A DNA stretch of 64,000 nucleotides from Myxococcales bacterium (GTDB taxonomy: Bacteria; Myxococcota_A; Polyangia; Polyangiales; Polyangiaceae). Position 1 is the first letter of the stretch; each line of letters starts with the position of its first letter. Shown here piece after piece: positions 1 through 8,760 of this stretch. The position numbers and the translations under genes were made by a program. Location: the NCBI GenBank assembly GCA_043747615.1, contig JAYTOU010000057.1:32001-96000 (forward strand). Direction: 5' to 3'. Under the pieces are notes generated by a model that made no database searches, was not told the origin of the DNA, and was given only the letters and a program-made list of their open reading frames with translations.

Positions 1-14
1 TCGTGACGTCTCCG

Positions 15-1529
15 CTATTTGACCAGATGCGTGTCGCGGCCGAGGGCGTGCTCAAGGCGGACACGAGCGGTGCGTGCATCCACGGAAGCGTTGAGCGCGT
101 CGAGACGGGCGCGCGTGAGATCCGTTTCGGAGTCGGTCAACGTCGTCGCCGTGGCGCGGCCGTTGTTGAAGAGCTCACGGGCAACACGGTAGGCCTCCGT
201 TGCGCTCACGAGCTCGCGGGCCGTGGATGAGATCGCGAAATCGGCCTCTTTTACCGCTTGAAAAGCCTGCAGGATCTCGATCGCGATGCTGTCGCGGACC
301 ACCGCTTTCTGCGCTTCGAGGGTCGCCGCTCGCGACTCTGCATCGGCCGCGCCGGGCCCTGCGACGAGGAAGTCGTTCGGTGACCAAATCGCTTGCACGC
401 CGATGTCCCAGGTCGGAAAAAATTTCGCGGTGGTTGGGAAAAAACGGATGTTGGGGTTCGCATAGATCGCGTCTGCGAAACCCGAGACGACCGGGTACTT
501 TCCGGCGCGCGCCACCTTGGCTTGCTCGCGTGCCGCGTCGGCGTTCGCGTCGATGCTCTTCACCTCGAAGCGCGCGGAGTGGGCCTCGCTGGTTAGTTGG
601 TTGAGATTCCCGGCGAAGGCCGCGGGGGGGGTATCGAGCCCCTCGCCAGGGACGAGCGCTTCGTCGTCCTTCGCGTGCATGGCGATGCGCACCTGCATTT
701 CCGTGAGGTCCGCCAGGTTCTTCGAGCGTTCGACCTGGAGCTCGGCGGAGGCCTGGGCAGTCTCCGCGCGCAGGACGTCGGCCCGCGACGCGTTGCCCAC
801 CGAGAACTGATTTTTCGCGTCGTTGAGGTGATTTTTCTGATCGTTCAGCGCCTGGACGGCCACGACCATCGCGGAGCGGGCGCGCAGCCACGTGTAGTAT
901 GCAACCTTTCCGTCGGCCGCTGAGCGCGCGCGCGCCGTCACCGCATCGTAGCGGGCAGCGTCGCGAGAGTTGGTGACCGACGTGTAGTTCTGATTGATGC
1001 GCAGAAGGTAATCGCTGATCGGAACGACGATGTTCGCCTGGAGCAAGTATTGCTCGGTGATAACGGGCGAAAGCGCGCTGCCCGGGATCTGCATCGTCGA
1101 ACCCGGAAGGGTGAACGACGGCGGCGTAAAATTGCTCAAATGGGCGTAGCGCGCCGTGGCCGTGAGCCGGGGGAGAAACGAGGCCCATGCTGCGTCGACC
1201 CGCGCCGCCGCTCCGCGGAGAGACTCGTCTGCCGCCTGTCCGGAATAGCTCGTCGCCGCCGCGCGCGTGCCAACCTGCTCTGCGGTGAGACCCGAGGGCG
1301 AGATGCGCAGCAGCTCCGTGGGCACGGGAGCGACGTCCCCCGGCTGAGGACCGGCAGGAGCGACAGGTGGAGCGGGCGGGGCGACCGTTGATGGCCGCGC
1401 GGGACGGGGCCGAGCGCCTTGGGCGTGGGCGGACGATGCTTGCGCAATGCTTGCTGAGAGCACGCCGGCCACCAGAGCGAGTCGCCTTCCGGGGAAAGAC
1501 TGTGTCGTCGAGGTGCGGATCATTTCCAC
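15..1529 (-). CDS. TolC-family outer membrane efflux protein
   Basis: Signal peptide and Pro-rich linker, two OEP-like repeats (…NQFSVGNASRADVLRAE…, …ELFNNGRATATTLTDSE…), C-terminal LEHALG. True start may be the ATG at 1523. Confidence 0.85.
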   Translation of the reverse strand: MEMIRTSTTQSFPGRRLALVAGVLSASIAQASSAHAQGARPRPARPSTVAPPAPPVAPAGPQPGDVAPVPTELLRISPSGLTAEQVGTRAAATSYSGQAADESLRGAAARVDAAWASFLPRLTATARYAHLSNFTPPSFTLPGSTMQIPGSALSPVITEQYLLQANIVVPISDYLLRINQNYTSVTNSRDAARYDAVTARARSAADGKVAYYTWLRARSAMVVAVQALNDQKNHLNDAKNQFSVGNASRADVLRAETAQASAELQVERSKNLADLTEMQVRIAMHAKDDEALVPGEGLDTPPAAFAGNLNQLTSEAHSARFEVKSIDANADAAREQAKVARAGKYPVVSGFADAIYANPNIRFFPTTAKFFPTWDIGVQAIWSPNDFLVAGPGAADAESRAATLEAQKAVVRDSIAIEILQAFQAVKEADFAISSTARELVSATEAYRVARELFNNGRATATTLTDSETDLTRARLDALNASVDARTARVRLEHALGRDTHLVK

Positions 1530-1597
1530 CGCATATAATCACTCTTCCACGCGAAGTCGCCTTGGATCAGATCCGCAAGGTCCCTATCCTGCAACGA

Positions 1598-2371
1598 GTG
1601 GAAACCGCGTCGATCTCCCAGATAACCGAACGAATCGCGAAGGCCTGCGCGGAGACACCCGGCGGCGTGGTGGCATTCGATGGCGACGGCACGCTCTGGA
1701 GCGGCGACGTGGGAGAAGACTTTTTCCACGCCCTCCTGGAAAACGCGGACTTTCGGGCTCCGGCACGCGCGGCCATGGAATCCGACGTCGCGGAGTTCGG
1801 CCTTGCGATCACCGGCTCCGCGCTCGACCTCGCCCGCGGGCTCTATGCCGCGTATCGCGACGGTCGTTACCCAGAGGAGCGCACCTGCGAGATGATGACC
1901 TGGGCCTGTGCGGACTGGGCGCGTGAAGAGGTCGACGCCTTTGCGGAAAAGGTCGTTCACGGCCTTGGGTCACGGCTTCACGGTGAGGCCATCGCCGCCC
2001 TCGAGTGGGCGCGCGACGCGAAGATCGAGGTGCTTTTGGTCAGCGCGTCTCCCAGGCCAGTGGTGGAGGCCGCCGGTCGCGTCGTGGGGATCGACGGCGC
2101 GCACGTCTTCGCCGCCACGCCGACGTACGATGGTGCGATCATGTTGCCGCGTGTCGTGCGTCCCATTCCTTATGGGCCCGGAAAAGTGGGCGCCATTCGC
2201 GCGTATGCCAAGGCGCGTCCGCTCTACGCCGCGTTTGGCGACAACGTGTTCGACCTCGCGATGCTCACGGAAGCGCGCGTAGCCGTTGCCGTACGGCCAA
2301 AATCCCGGCTTCGCGAACGGGCGCACGAGGTCCACGGCATCGTCGAGATCCAGCCTATACTCGCCCCATGA
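1598..2371 (+). CDS. HAD-superfamily (IB-like) hydrolase/phosphatase
   Basis: Motif I FDGDGTLW, motif II VSAS, motif III/IV GK…FGDNVFD. Start placed at GTG 1598, 7 nt after TATCCT. Confidence 0.8.
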   Translation: METASISQITERIAKACAETPGGVVAFDGDGTLWSGDVGEDFFHALLENADFRAPARAAMESDVAEFGLAITGSALDLARGLYAAYRDGRYPEERTCEMMTWACADWAREEVDAFAEKVVHGLGSRLHGEAIAALEWARDAKIEVLLVSASPRPVVEAAGRVVGIDGAHVFAATPTYDGAIMLPRVVRPIPYGPGKVGAIRAYAKARPLYAAFGDNVFDLAMLTEARVAVAVRPKSRLRERAHEVHGIVEIQPILAP

Positions 2372-3387
2372 GCGCGACGGATGGGAGCACGGACGCTGCA
2401 CGGTTGAAGATCGGCGCAGCGGGAGCGACGGACATCGGTCGTGGGCGAAAGCACAACGAAGACTGCGTGCTCGTGCGCCCGGATCTCGAGCTCTACTTGC
2501 TCGCCGACGGCGCGGGCGGACACAACGCGGGAAACGTGGCCAGCGCGCTCGCCACCAGCTCGATCGCCAACGCCTACGAGACCAGCGCCGATTCTCTGTC
2601 CGACCGTCCCGACATCGACATGTTCGGACTCTACACCGATGCGCGTCGCCTCGCCGCCGCGATCAAAAAGGCGAACCAGGACATCCTCGAAATCGCAAAG
2701 TCTTCGGATCGACACAAGGGTATGGGAACGACGATCGTGGGGGTCGCTCCGTCCCTCGCGTCGGGAGCGCTGCACGTTGCGCACGTCGGCGACAGCCGGT
2801 GTTACCGCTGGCGCGCGGGGCAGCTAGAGCAGCTCACCCACGACCACTCGATGATCAACGATGTCCTGGAAAAATGGCCGGATCTGGATGACGCCGCGCT
2901 CTGCCGCTTGCCGCGTCACGTGGTCACCCGCGCTCTCGGAATGGAAGCCACCGTGCGCGTCTCCGTCCGCACCTTCGAGCTCGTCGGCGGGGATCGCTAC
3001 CTCCTCTGCTCCGACGGCCTCTCGGATGCGCTCGAGCCCGAGGCGATCAACGCCATCATGGGCGCGGCGATGCTCCCAGACGACGCGGTCCACGAGCTGA
3101 TCGACCGCGCCAACGAGGCGGGCGCCAAGGACAACATCGGCGTGGTGGTCCTCTTCTGCGACGTCGTGCCCGGGACGCTGCCTCCTCCGCGTCATCGACC
3201 CGCCCGACGCCGCATGGCCTCCCGCGTCGATTTCCAGCCGCCTGGCCCGGAAGATCCGGAGATCGTCATCCTCAGCGTCGAGGACGCGCCACACGTCGTG
3301 GCCTCCGTCGGCGTGAACGACGAATGGCTCGAGACCATCGACGACACGCTTCATGGCAGGACCGGCCCGAAGAGCGAGAAGACCTGA
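2368..3387 (+). CDS. PP2C-family Ser/Thr protein phosphatase
   Basis: R..NED, ADGAGG, MGTT, HVGDSR, LCSDGL and DN motifs; ATGA overlap with the upstream gene. Confidence 0.92.
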   Translation: MSATDGSTDAARLKIGAAGATDIGRGRKHNEDCVLVRPDLELYLLADGAGGHNAGNVASALATSSIANAYETSADSLSDRPDIDMFGLYTDARRLAAAIKKANQDILEIAKSSDRHKGMGTTIVGVAPSLASGALHVAHVGDSRCYRWRAGQLEQLTHDHSMINDVLEKWPDLDDAALCRLPRHVVTRALGMEATVRVSVRTFELVGGDRYLLCSDGLSDALEPEAINAIMGAAMLPDDAVHELIDRANEAGAKDNIGVVVLFCDVVPGTLPPPRHRPARRRMASRVDFQPPGPEDPEIVILSVEDAPHVVASVGVNDEWLETIDDTLHGRTGPKSEKT

Positions 3388-3399
3388 TAAGTTCACGCG

Positions 3400-4542
3400 A
3401 TGGATTTCGATCTCACCGAAGAGCAGACCCTCATCCGCGACACCGCGCGGGATTTCGCGGCTCGAGAAATTGCACCGAAGGCTGCGGAGCTCGATAAATC
3501 CGGGCGCTGGCCCGCGGAGATCGTGGCGCGGATGGCGGAGCTCGGATTTTTGGGCGTTGCCATTCCGGAAGAATACGGCGGTAGCGGTCTCGATACTGTC
3601 AGTTACGCCCTGGCCATGGAGGAGATCAGCGCGGCCTGCGCCTCCTCGGGGGTCATCATGAGCGTGAACAATTCTCTCTTCTGTGATCCGATCTACAAGT
3701 TCGGAACCGACGATCAGAAGAAGAACGTCCTCACTCCGTGCGCGAGCGGCAAGAAGCTCGGATGCTTCGGGCTGACGGAGCCGATGAGTGGCTCGGACGC
3801 TCAGACCATGGCCACCGGCGCCGAAAAAGTCGGAGATGGCTGGGTGCTCAACGGCGCGAAAAACTGGATCACCAACGGGCCCCACGCCGACTTCATCCTC
3901 GTCTTCGTGGTGACCGATCGCTCCGGGGCGAAGATCAAGCACACCGCGTTCATCGTTCCCAAAGGCACGCCCGGCTACACGCAAAATGCCCCCGATCACA
4001 AGCTCGGGATTCACGCTGCCCACTCCTGCACCGTGTTCTTCGAGAACTGCAAGCTCCCCGACAGCGCGATCGTGGGCAAGGTAGGCGAAGGCTTCAAGGT
4101 CGCCATGGCTACCCTCGACGGAGGGCGGATCGGCATCGCTTCCCAGGCTCTCGGGATCGCCCGCGCCGCGCTCGACAAGTCGGTCTCCTACGCCAAGGAG
4201 CGAAAGAGCTTCGGCGTGCCCATCGCCGAGCACCAGGCCATCCAGTTCATGCTGAGCGACATGGCGACGGAGCTCGACGCCGCGCGTCTCCTCACGCTTC
4301 GCGCTGCCACCATGAAGGACGAAGGTGTTCGGCATACGTCCGAGAGCGCGATGGCCAAGCTCTACGCGAGCGAGATGGCGACGCGTGTCGCGCACAAGGC
4401 CATCCAGATCCACGGAGGCTACGGCTACTCGTCGGAGTTCCCGGTCGAGCGAAATTACCGCGACGCGCGCATCACGGAAATCTACGAAGGAACGAGCGAG
4501 ATCCAACGCATCGTCATCGCCGCGAGCTTGCTCCGAGCATGA
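3400..4542 (+). CDS. Acyl-CoA dehydrogenase (short/branched-chain type)
   Basis: LTEPMSGSD, NGAKNWITNG, LDGGRIGIA, QIHGGYGY and IYEGTSEIQ motifs. Confidence 0.95.
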   Translation: MDFDLTEEQTLIRDTARDFAAREIAPKAAELDKSGRWPAEIVARMAELGFLGVAIPEEYGGSGLDTVSYALAMEEISAACASSGVIMSVNNSLFCDPIYKFGTDDQKKNVLTPCASGKKLGCFGLTEPMSGSDAQTMATGAEKVGDGWVLNGAKNWITNGPHADFILVFVVTDRSGAKIKHTAFIVPKGTPGYTQNAPDHKLGIHAAHSCTVFFENCKLPDSAIVGKVGEGFKVAMATLDGGRIGIASQALGIARAALDKSVSYAKERKSFGVPIAEHQAIQFMLSDMATELDAARLLTLRAATMKDEGVRHTSESAMAKLYASEMATRVAHKAIQIHGGYGYSSEFPVERNYRDARITEIYEGTSEIQRIVIAASLLRA

Positions 4543-5258
4543 GAAACGATCTCGTTTTTGCCGGTATTTTGGTGAGCTTCGCGGCCGCGTGCGGGGGTGA
4601 AAAAGTCGAAGCGAAGGCACCCGAGACAAACGCGTCCTCGGTCGCCGAGGAGCATCACGGCGCGAAGATGCGAATGTCGAGCGAGCTCGGAGAGATCGAT
4701 CCCAAGGAGACTCAGAAGACCTTCGACAAGCTGCAGACTACGTTTCAGGGCTGCTACAAGAAGGGGCTCGGGCGCGTCGAGTACCTGTCGGGAGACGTGA
4801 AGTTTTTCCTCCGCCTCACGCAGGACGCTGCCGTCAAATTCGCGTACGTCGAAGAGTCCAACCTCGGCGATCGCGCAACCGAGCGCTGCATGCTCGACGC
4901 CATCGGCTCCGCCTCCTGGCCCAAGCCCAAGGGCGGCGAAGCAGAAATTCGCAACGGCATCGGCTTCGATGCCGCGGCCGACGTGCGTCGCCCAGCGGAT
5001 TGGAACGCCGACAAGATCGCCGCTGTCCTCGGAAAATCCGACGCAGCCTTTACTAAGTGCAGGGAAGGGGTCAGCGGCACCTTCAAGGTCACCGCGTACG
5101 TCGAGCCCGACGGGAAAAACGGAAAGGTGCAGGCCGTCGGCGTCGCTCCACCCAACAAGGAAGGCGAGGCGAAAGCGGATTGCGTGAGCGAGGCGGTGAA
5201 GGCTCTCAAGCTCCCTAGCCCGGGGAGCTACGCTGCGAAAGTGAGCTTCGTTCTCTAA
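4539..5258 (+). CDS. Lipoprotein with two AgmX/PglI (TonB-C-like) domains
   Basis: Lipobox FAAAC; two repeats of the C…G.V……C….W/LP.P pattern; ATGA coupling with the upstream ACAD gene. Confidence 0.65.
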   Translation: MRNDLVFAGILVSFAAACGGEKVEAKAPETNASSVAEEHHGAKMRMSSELGEIDPKETQKTFDKLQTTFQGCYKKGLGRVEYLSGDVKFFLRLTQDAAVKFAYVEESNLGDRATERCMLDAIGSASWPKPKGGEAEIRNGIGFDAAADVRRPADWNADKIAAVLGKSDAAFTKCREGVSGTFKVTAYVEPDGKNGKVQAVGVAPPNKEGEAKADCVSEAVKALKLPSPGSYAAKVSFVL

Positions 5259-5259
5259 A

Positions 5260-6387
5260 ATGGATCTCACGCTCAACGAAACGCAGGCCCTCGTCCAAAA
5301 GACGGCGCGCGATTACGCCGTCAGGGTCATCGCTCCCGAAGCGGCAGACATCGATCGCCACGCGCGCTTTCCACGCGAGATTTTACGGGGTTTGGGCGAG
5401 CTCGGTCTGCTCGCCGTCAACGTTCCCGAGGAGCTCGGTGGCTCGGGCGCCGGCGTCGTTTCCTATGCGCTTGCCATGCAAGAAATCGCGGCGGCGTGCG
5501 CCTCCACCGCCGTGACGATGGCCGTCACCAACATGGTCGGCGAGGTGATCGCCACCTTCGGCACCCCTGAGCAGAAGGCGCGCTGCAATCCGAAGCTCGC
5601 CAGCGGTGAGTGGGCGGCGGGCTCATTCGCGTTGAGCGAGACGGACGCCGGGAGCGATCCAAAAGGGATGCGGACCACCGCCGTCAAAGACGGAGGCGAC
5701 TGGATCCTCGACGGCTCCAAGCAATGGATCACGAGCGGGGCCTATGCCGGCGTCCTCGTGGTGTGGGCGCGCACCGGCGAGCGCATCTCCTGCTTTCTCG
5801 TCGAGGGGGGAGCCCCCGGTCTCACCGTGGGTAAGGCGGAAGACAAGATGGGCGTCCGCGGCTCGAACACCGTGCCCCTTCAGTTCGAGCGCTGCCGCGT
5901 CCCTGCAAGTGCGCTACTCGGCGAGCTGAACGGCGGCCTCAAGATCGCCATGATGGCCCTCGACGGCGGACGCATCGGCATAAGCTCGCAAGCCATTGGC
6001 ATCGCCCGCGCGGCTCTCACCGAGAGCGTGCAGTATGCAAAGGATCGCAAGCAGTTCGGAAAGCCGATCGCCGACTATCAGGCTATTCAGTGGAAGCTCG
6101 CGAACATGAAGACCGAGCTCGATGCCGCTTATCTACTGAGCATGCGCGCCGCCTGGCTGAAGGAGCAAAACCGCCCTTTTTCCCGGGAAGCGTCGATGAG
6201 CAAGGTGTTCGCCACGGAGTCCGCCAACCGCATCTGCAACGACGCCGTGCAGATCCACGGAGGCTACGGTTACATCCGCGAGTTCGCCGCGGAGCGCCAC
6301 CTCCGCGACGTTCGCGTCACCACGATTTACGAAGGCACGAGCGAGATTCAGCGCATGGTCATCGCGCGGAGCTTGCTCGCTCGGTAG
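5260..6387 (+). CDS. Acyl-CoA dehydrogenase
   Basis: ALSETDAGSD, GSKQWITSG, LDGGRIGI, QIHGGYGY and IYEGTSEIQ motifs. Confidence 0.95.
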   Translation: MDLTLNETQALVQKTARDYAVRVIAPEAADIDRHARFPREILRGLGELGLLAVNVPEELGGSGAGVVSYALAMQEIAAACASTAVTMAVTNMVGEVIATFGTPEQKARCNPKLASGEWAAGSFALSETDAGSDPKGMRTTAVKDGGDWILDGSKQWITSGAYAGVLVVWARTGERISCFLVEGGAPGLTVGKAEDKMGVRGSNTVPLQFERCRVPASALLGELNGGLKIAMMALDGGRIGISSQAIGIARAALTESVQYAKDRKQFGKPIADYQAIQWKLANMKTELDAAYLLSMRAAWLKEQNRPFSREASMSKVFATESANRICNDAVQIHGGYGYIREFAAERHLRDVRVTTIYEGTSEIQRMVIARSLLAR

Positions 6388-6389
6388 CG

Positions 6390-6440
6390 GCTAGGCGACC
6401 TTCGGGAGACTGTGTCGTGTGTATACATCACACGACCTAC
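6390..6440. repeat. Structured GTAG-tagged (REP-like) intergenic element, copy 1
   Basis: GCTAGGCGACCTTCGGGAGACTGTGTCGTGTGTATACATCACACGACCTAC; the minus strand reads GTAG followed by a hairpin; homologous to 23089-23144. Confidence 0.65.
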
Positions 6441-7939
6441 TTGCCTTTGCAGCTCGAGTAGGTCGATTCGAAATTGTCCCGCACGACTTTCGGCGGCAGG
6501 TTCGGCTGCTGAGAGAGGTAGAGCTCGGAATAGGCCTTGAAGCCCGCGGTGCAATCACCCGCCTTGGCGAAGCACTTCGGCACGCTGCCGATCAAGCTTG
6601 CCGTCATCCCTGCGCTCTTCACCGCGTAGTCGTCGTCGTCCCTCGGCTTGACCACCGTGGCGAGGCGCTTCACCGTTGCGAAGTTCTTGGCGCAGCTGGC
6701 CGCGTCCGTCTTCTCGAACGCCCCTTTGCCGAGCGCCTGGGCCGCTTGCAGAAGCTCGTCGCGTTGCGACAGCTTGCCCTGGCAGTAAGCCGTCGACGCG
6801 GTCTCCACGATGCGATCGACCATCTCGGGACCCTGACCGGACGTCCCCTCGACCGCTTTACGGAAGAACACCTTACCCGCGTCGCACTGGCCGGAGAGCA
6901 TGATGCACTGACCGCGAGTCTGGGAGGCCCACGCTTTCGGGTTTGTCGACATTCCTCCCGGACGCGGATCGAGCTTGTCGTGGAGGTCCATCTCGGTGAG
7001 ACATCCCTTGCCATCCCGCGCAGTCATGTTGGCGCCTGCGGTGGCCATGTGCTCGGCGGCCTGCTTCTCGCGATCGGTGTCGGCCTTGAGCTTGCCCGCG
7101 AGGTTCATCGCGCCCGTAGTCTCGGGGGCGGTGGCGTTCGTCGCGTCGGGGTTGTCGCCCGTGGAAATCTCACGGAGCGTGAGACGCACCGGCACTTTGC
7201 AAGTCGACACTTCTTTGGCCGACTCGCCGCGACAGCTGGAGAGAAGACCGCCGTTCTTCTCGGCCTTGTTCTCGGAGGCCTTCGAGCCCCCCACGCCGAA
7301 CCCGAACGCCGAGCCGCCGACGGTGCCCTTGATCTTCGACTGCGAGCCGAGCGCAAACGCCCCGAGGTTGTAGCCGTAGACGAAGTGCGTCGCGCCTTTG
7401 CAGCCCGAAAGTTTCTCGAGGTCTTTCGCGTATACGGTGTCTCGCGTTGCGCTGCGCGTCCCGCTCACGAAATACTCCATGTGGAATTTCTCGCCGCCGG
7501 AGACGCGGCCACCGAGCTCCGCGGCACCGAGGGGAAGCTTCGCGTAGAGCTCGCCTTCGTTCGAAATGTCGATCACCTCGACCGACCCGCTCGTCCAGTC
7601 GACGGGCTTGTACGAGCCGAGTGAGCCCTTCACGGAGTCGTTGACGCACGAGTCGAGGACCTTGAGCTCGCAGCCTTCGTACTTCACGAAGATGACGTCG
7701 TTCGCGGTGCGCGCCTCGAAGCTCGACATGTCAGTGGCGTCCCACTCGATGACGAACGGACGCTCGTGACCCTTCGCGGTGCATTTGTTTTTGCCCGCGA
7801 AGCTCTGTTCCATGAGCGCGCTCTGCCCGGACTCACGGGCGGGAGCCATCGCCGGCAATGCCGCGCCGCCGCCGCACGCCGCGAGGACGCCGAGTGAACT
7901 CGAGAGGGCAAAGACGCGAAAAAACCGTCGGTTCGTCAT
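6437..7939 (-). CDS. Cys-rich lipoprotein of unknown function (possible MACPF-like N-terminal domain plus helical C-terminal region)
   Basis: Lipobox VLAAC; 500 aa ORF; ATHFVYGYNLGA motif. Confidence 0.7.
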   Translation of the reverse strand: MTNRRFFRVFALSSSLGVLAACGGGAALPAMAPARESGQSALMEQSFAGKNKCTAKGHERPFVIEWDATDMSSFEARTANDVIFVKYEGCELKVLDSCVNDSVKGSLGSYKPVDWTSGSVEVIDISNEGELYAKLPLGAAELGGRVSGGEKFHMEYFVSGTRSATRDTVYAKDLEKLSGCKGATHFVYGYNLGAFALGSQSKIKGTVGGSAFGFGVGGSKASENKAEKNGGLLSSCRGESAKEVSTCKVPVRLTLREISTGDNPDATNATAPETTGAMNLAGKLKADTDREKQAAEHMATAGANMTARDGKGCLTEMDLHDKLDPRPGGMSTNPKAWASQTRGQCIMLSGQCDAGKVFFRKAVEGTSGQGPEMVDRIVETASTAYCQGKLSQRDELLQAAQALGKGAFEKTDAASCAKNFATVKRLATVVKPRDDDDYAVKSAGMTASLIGSVPKCFAKAGDCTAGFKAYSELYLSQQPNLPPKVVRDNFESTYSSCKGK

Positions 7940-7981
7940 GGTAGCGGTAGTACGTCGACGACCGCGCGGGTCTTCCCTCTG

Positions 7982-8527
7982 CTACTTTTCGGCCCACATC
8001 AGGATTCGCTTGAACGGATAGAGAAAAGGCATGGACTCCGGCAGGCGCTCGAAGAGGCGCTCGCGGTAACGCACCAAGAATTTTTCGTAAGTCGGCGCAT
8101 CGAGCCACCCGCGGTAGTCGGTGAGAAGCGTGCCCTTCACCCACTCGATCACCGACTCGCGCGACGGCAGTGTGTGAGCGTAGACCTCGAGACGCACTCG
8201 CTGCTTCTTGAAACCGAGACGATCGAGGAGCACGGCGTATGCTTCGGGCGCGAGGACAGGAACCTGCCGCTGGTAGCCGTGCAACGCCTCAGCGAACTCG
8301 CTAGCAACCTCTGCGGCCTTCGCGAGCATCGTGTCGGAGCTGTCGACGCCGAGTGTTTTTCGGGCCTTGAGCTCGTGGTGGAGAGCGCCCGTCAGGTCGC
8401 CGGTGCCGCATCCGAGATCCACCACGCGCATGAGCGGACGCCGATGCACGAGCGCCATGAGATCGTAAAAGGGTTGGCTTCGCTCTTCGCGGAAACGCTC
8501 GTACTGCTCCGGGCTCCAGCTGCTCAT
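7982..8527 (-). pseudogene. Trans-aconitate 2-methyltransferase-like SAM methyltransferase with an apparent in-frame internal deletion
   Basis: Tam-like N-terminus (WSPEQYERFREERSQPFYDL, VVDLGCGTG) and C-terminus (WVKGTLLTDY, YPFKRI) in only 181 aa; the central NAALHW-type segment is absent. Confidence 0.6.
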
Positions 8528-8760
8528 TTTGCAGGCGGCGGTCGAGAAGCAGGCGCGCTGGAAGGGCTTGGTGTACCGCTCATCGTCCCCGGTGCGCTTC
8601 CGCTCGTTCCCCACTGCGGATCAGGGTTCGCGCGCGATTCACCCGGAGCCGGGATGCCCTGGGTGAGCGGATCACTAGCAGGTTGCGACGGGCCGCATTG
8701 AAGCGTGGCCAACGCGGCAAGGGCTAGCGTCATCACCATGAACCCGTTTCTCATCGTCAT
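8524..8760 (-). CDS. Small Pro/Ser-rich secreted protein or lipoprotein
   Basis: Hydrophobic signal ending LQC; ATGA overlaps with the amidase upstream and the methyltransferase downstream. Confidence 0.55.
   Translation of the reverse strand: MTMRNGFMVMTLALAALATLQCGPSQPASDPLTQGIPAPGESRANPDPQWGTSGSAPGTMSGTPSPSSAPASRPPPAK

Noticed and set aside
1367..1597. Long N-terminal extensions given by the ORF track (HAD, PP2C, apaG, glyS, ruvB, hemL, FadL-like, acyl-CoA ligase, coxC)
   Set aside because: They overlap neighbouring genes or promoters and lack family similarity, so downstream starts were chosen.
6390..6440. Integron attC or CRISPR interpretation of the repeated element
   Set aside because: The core sites do not match RYYYAAC…GTTRRRY in order or sequence, the copies are about 17 kb apart with no spacer array, and no intI or cas genes are present.
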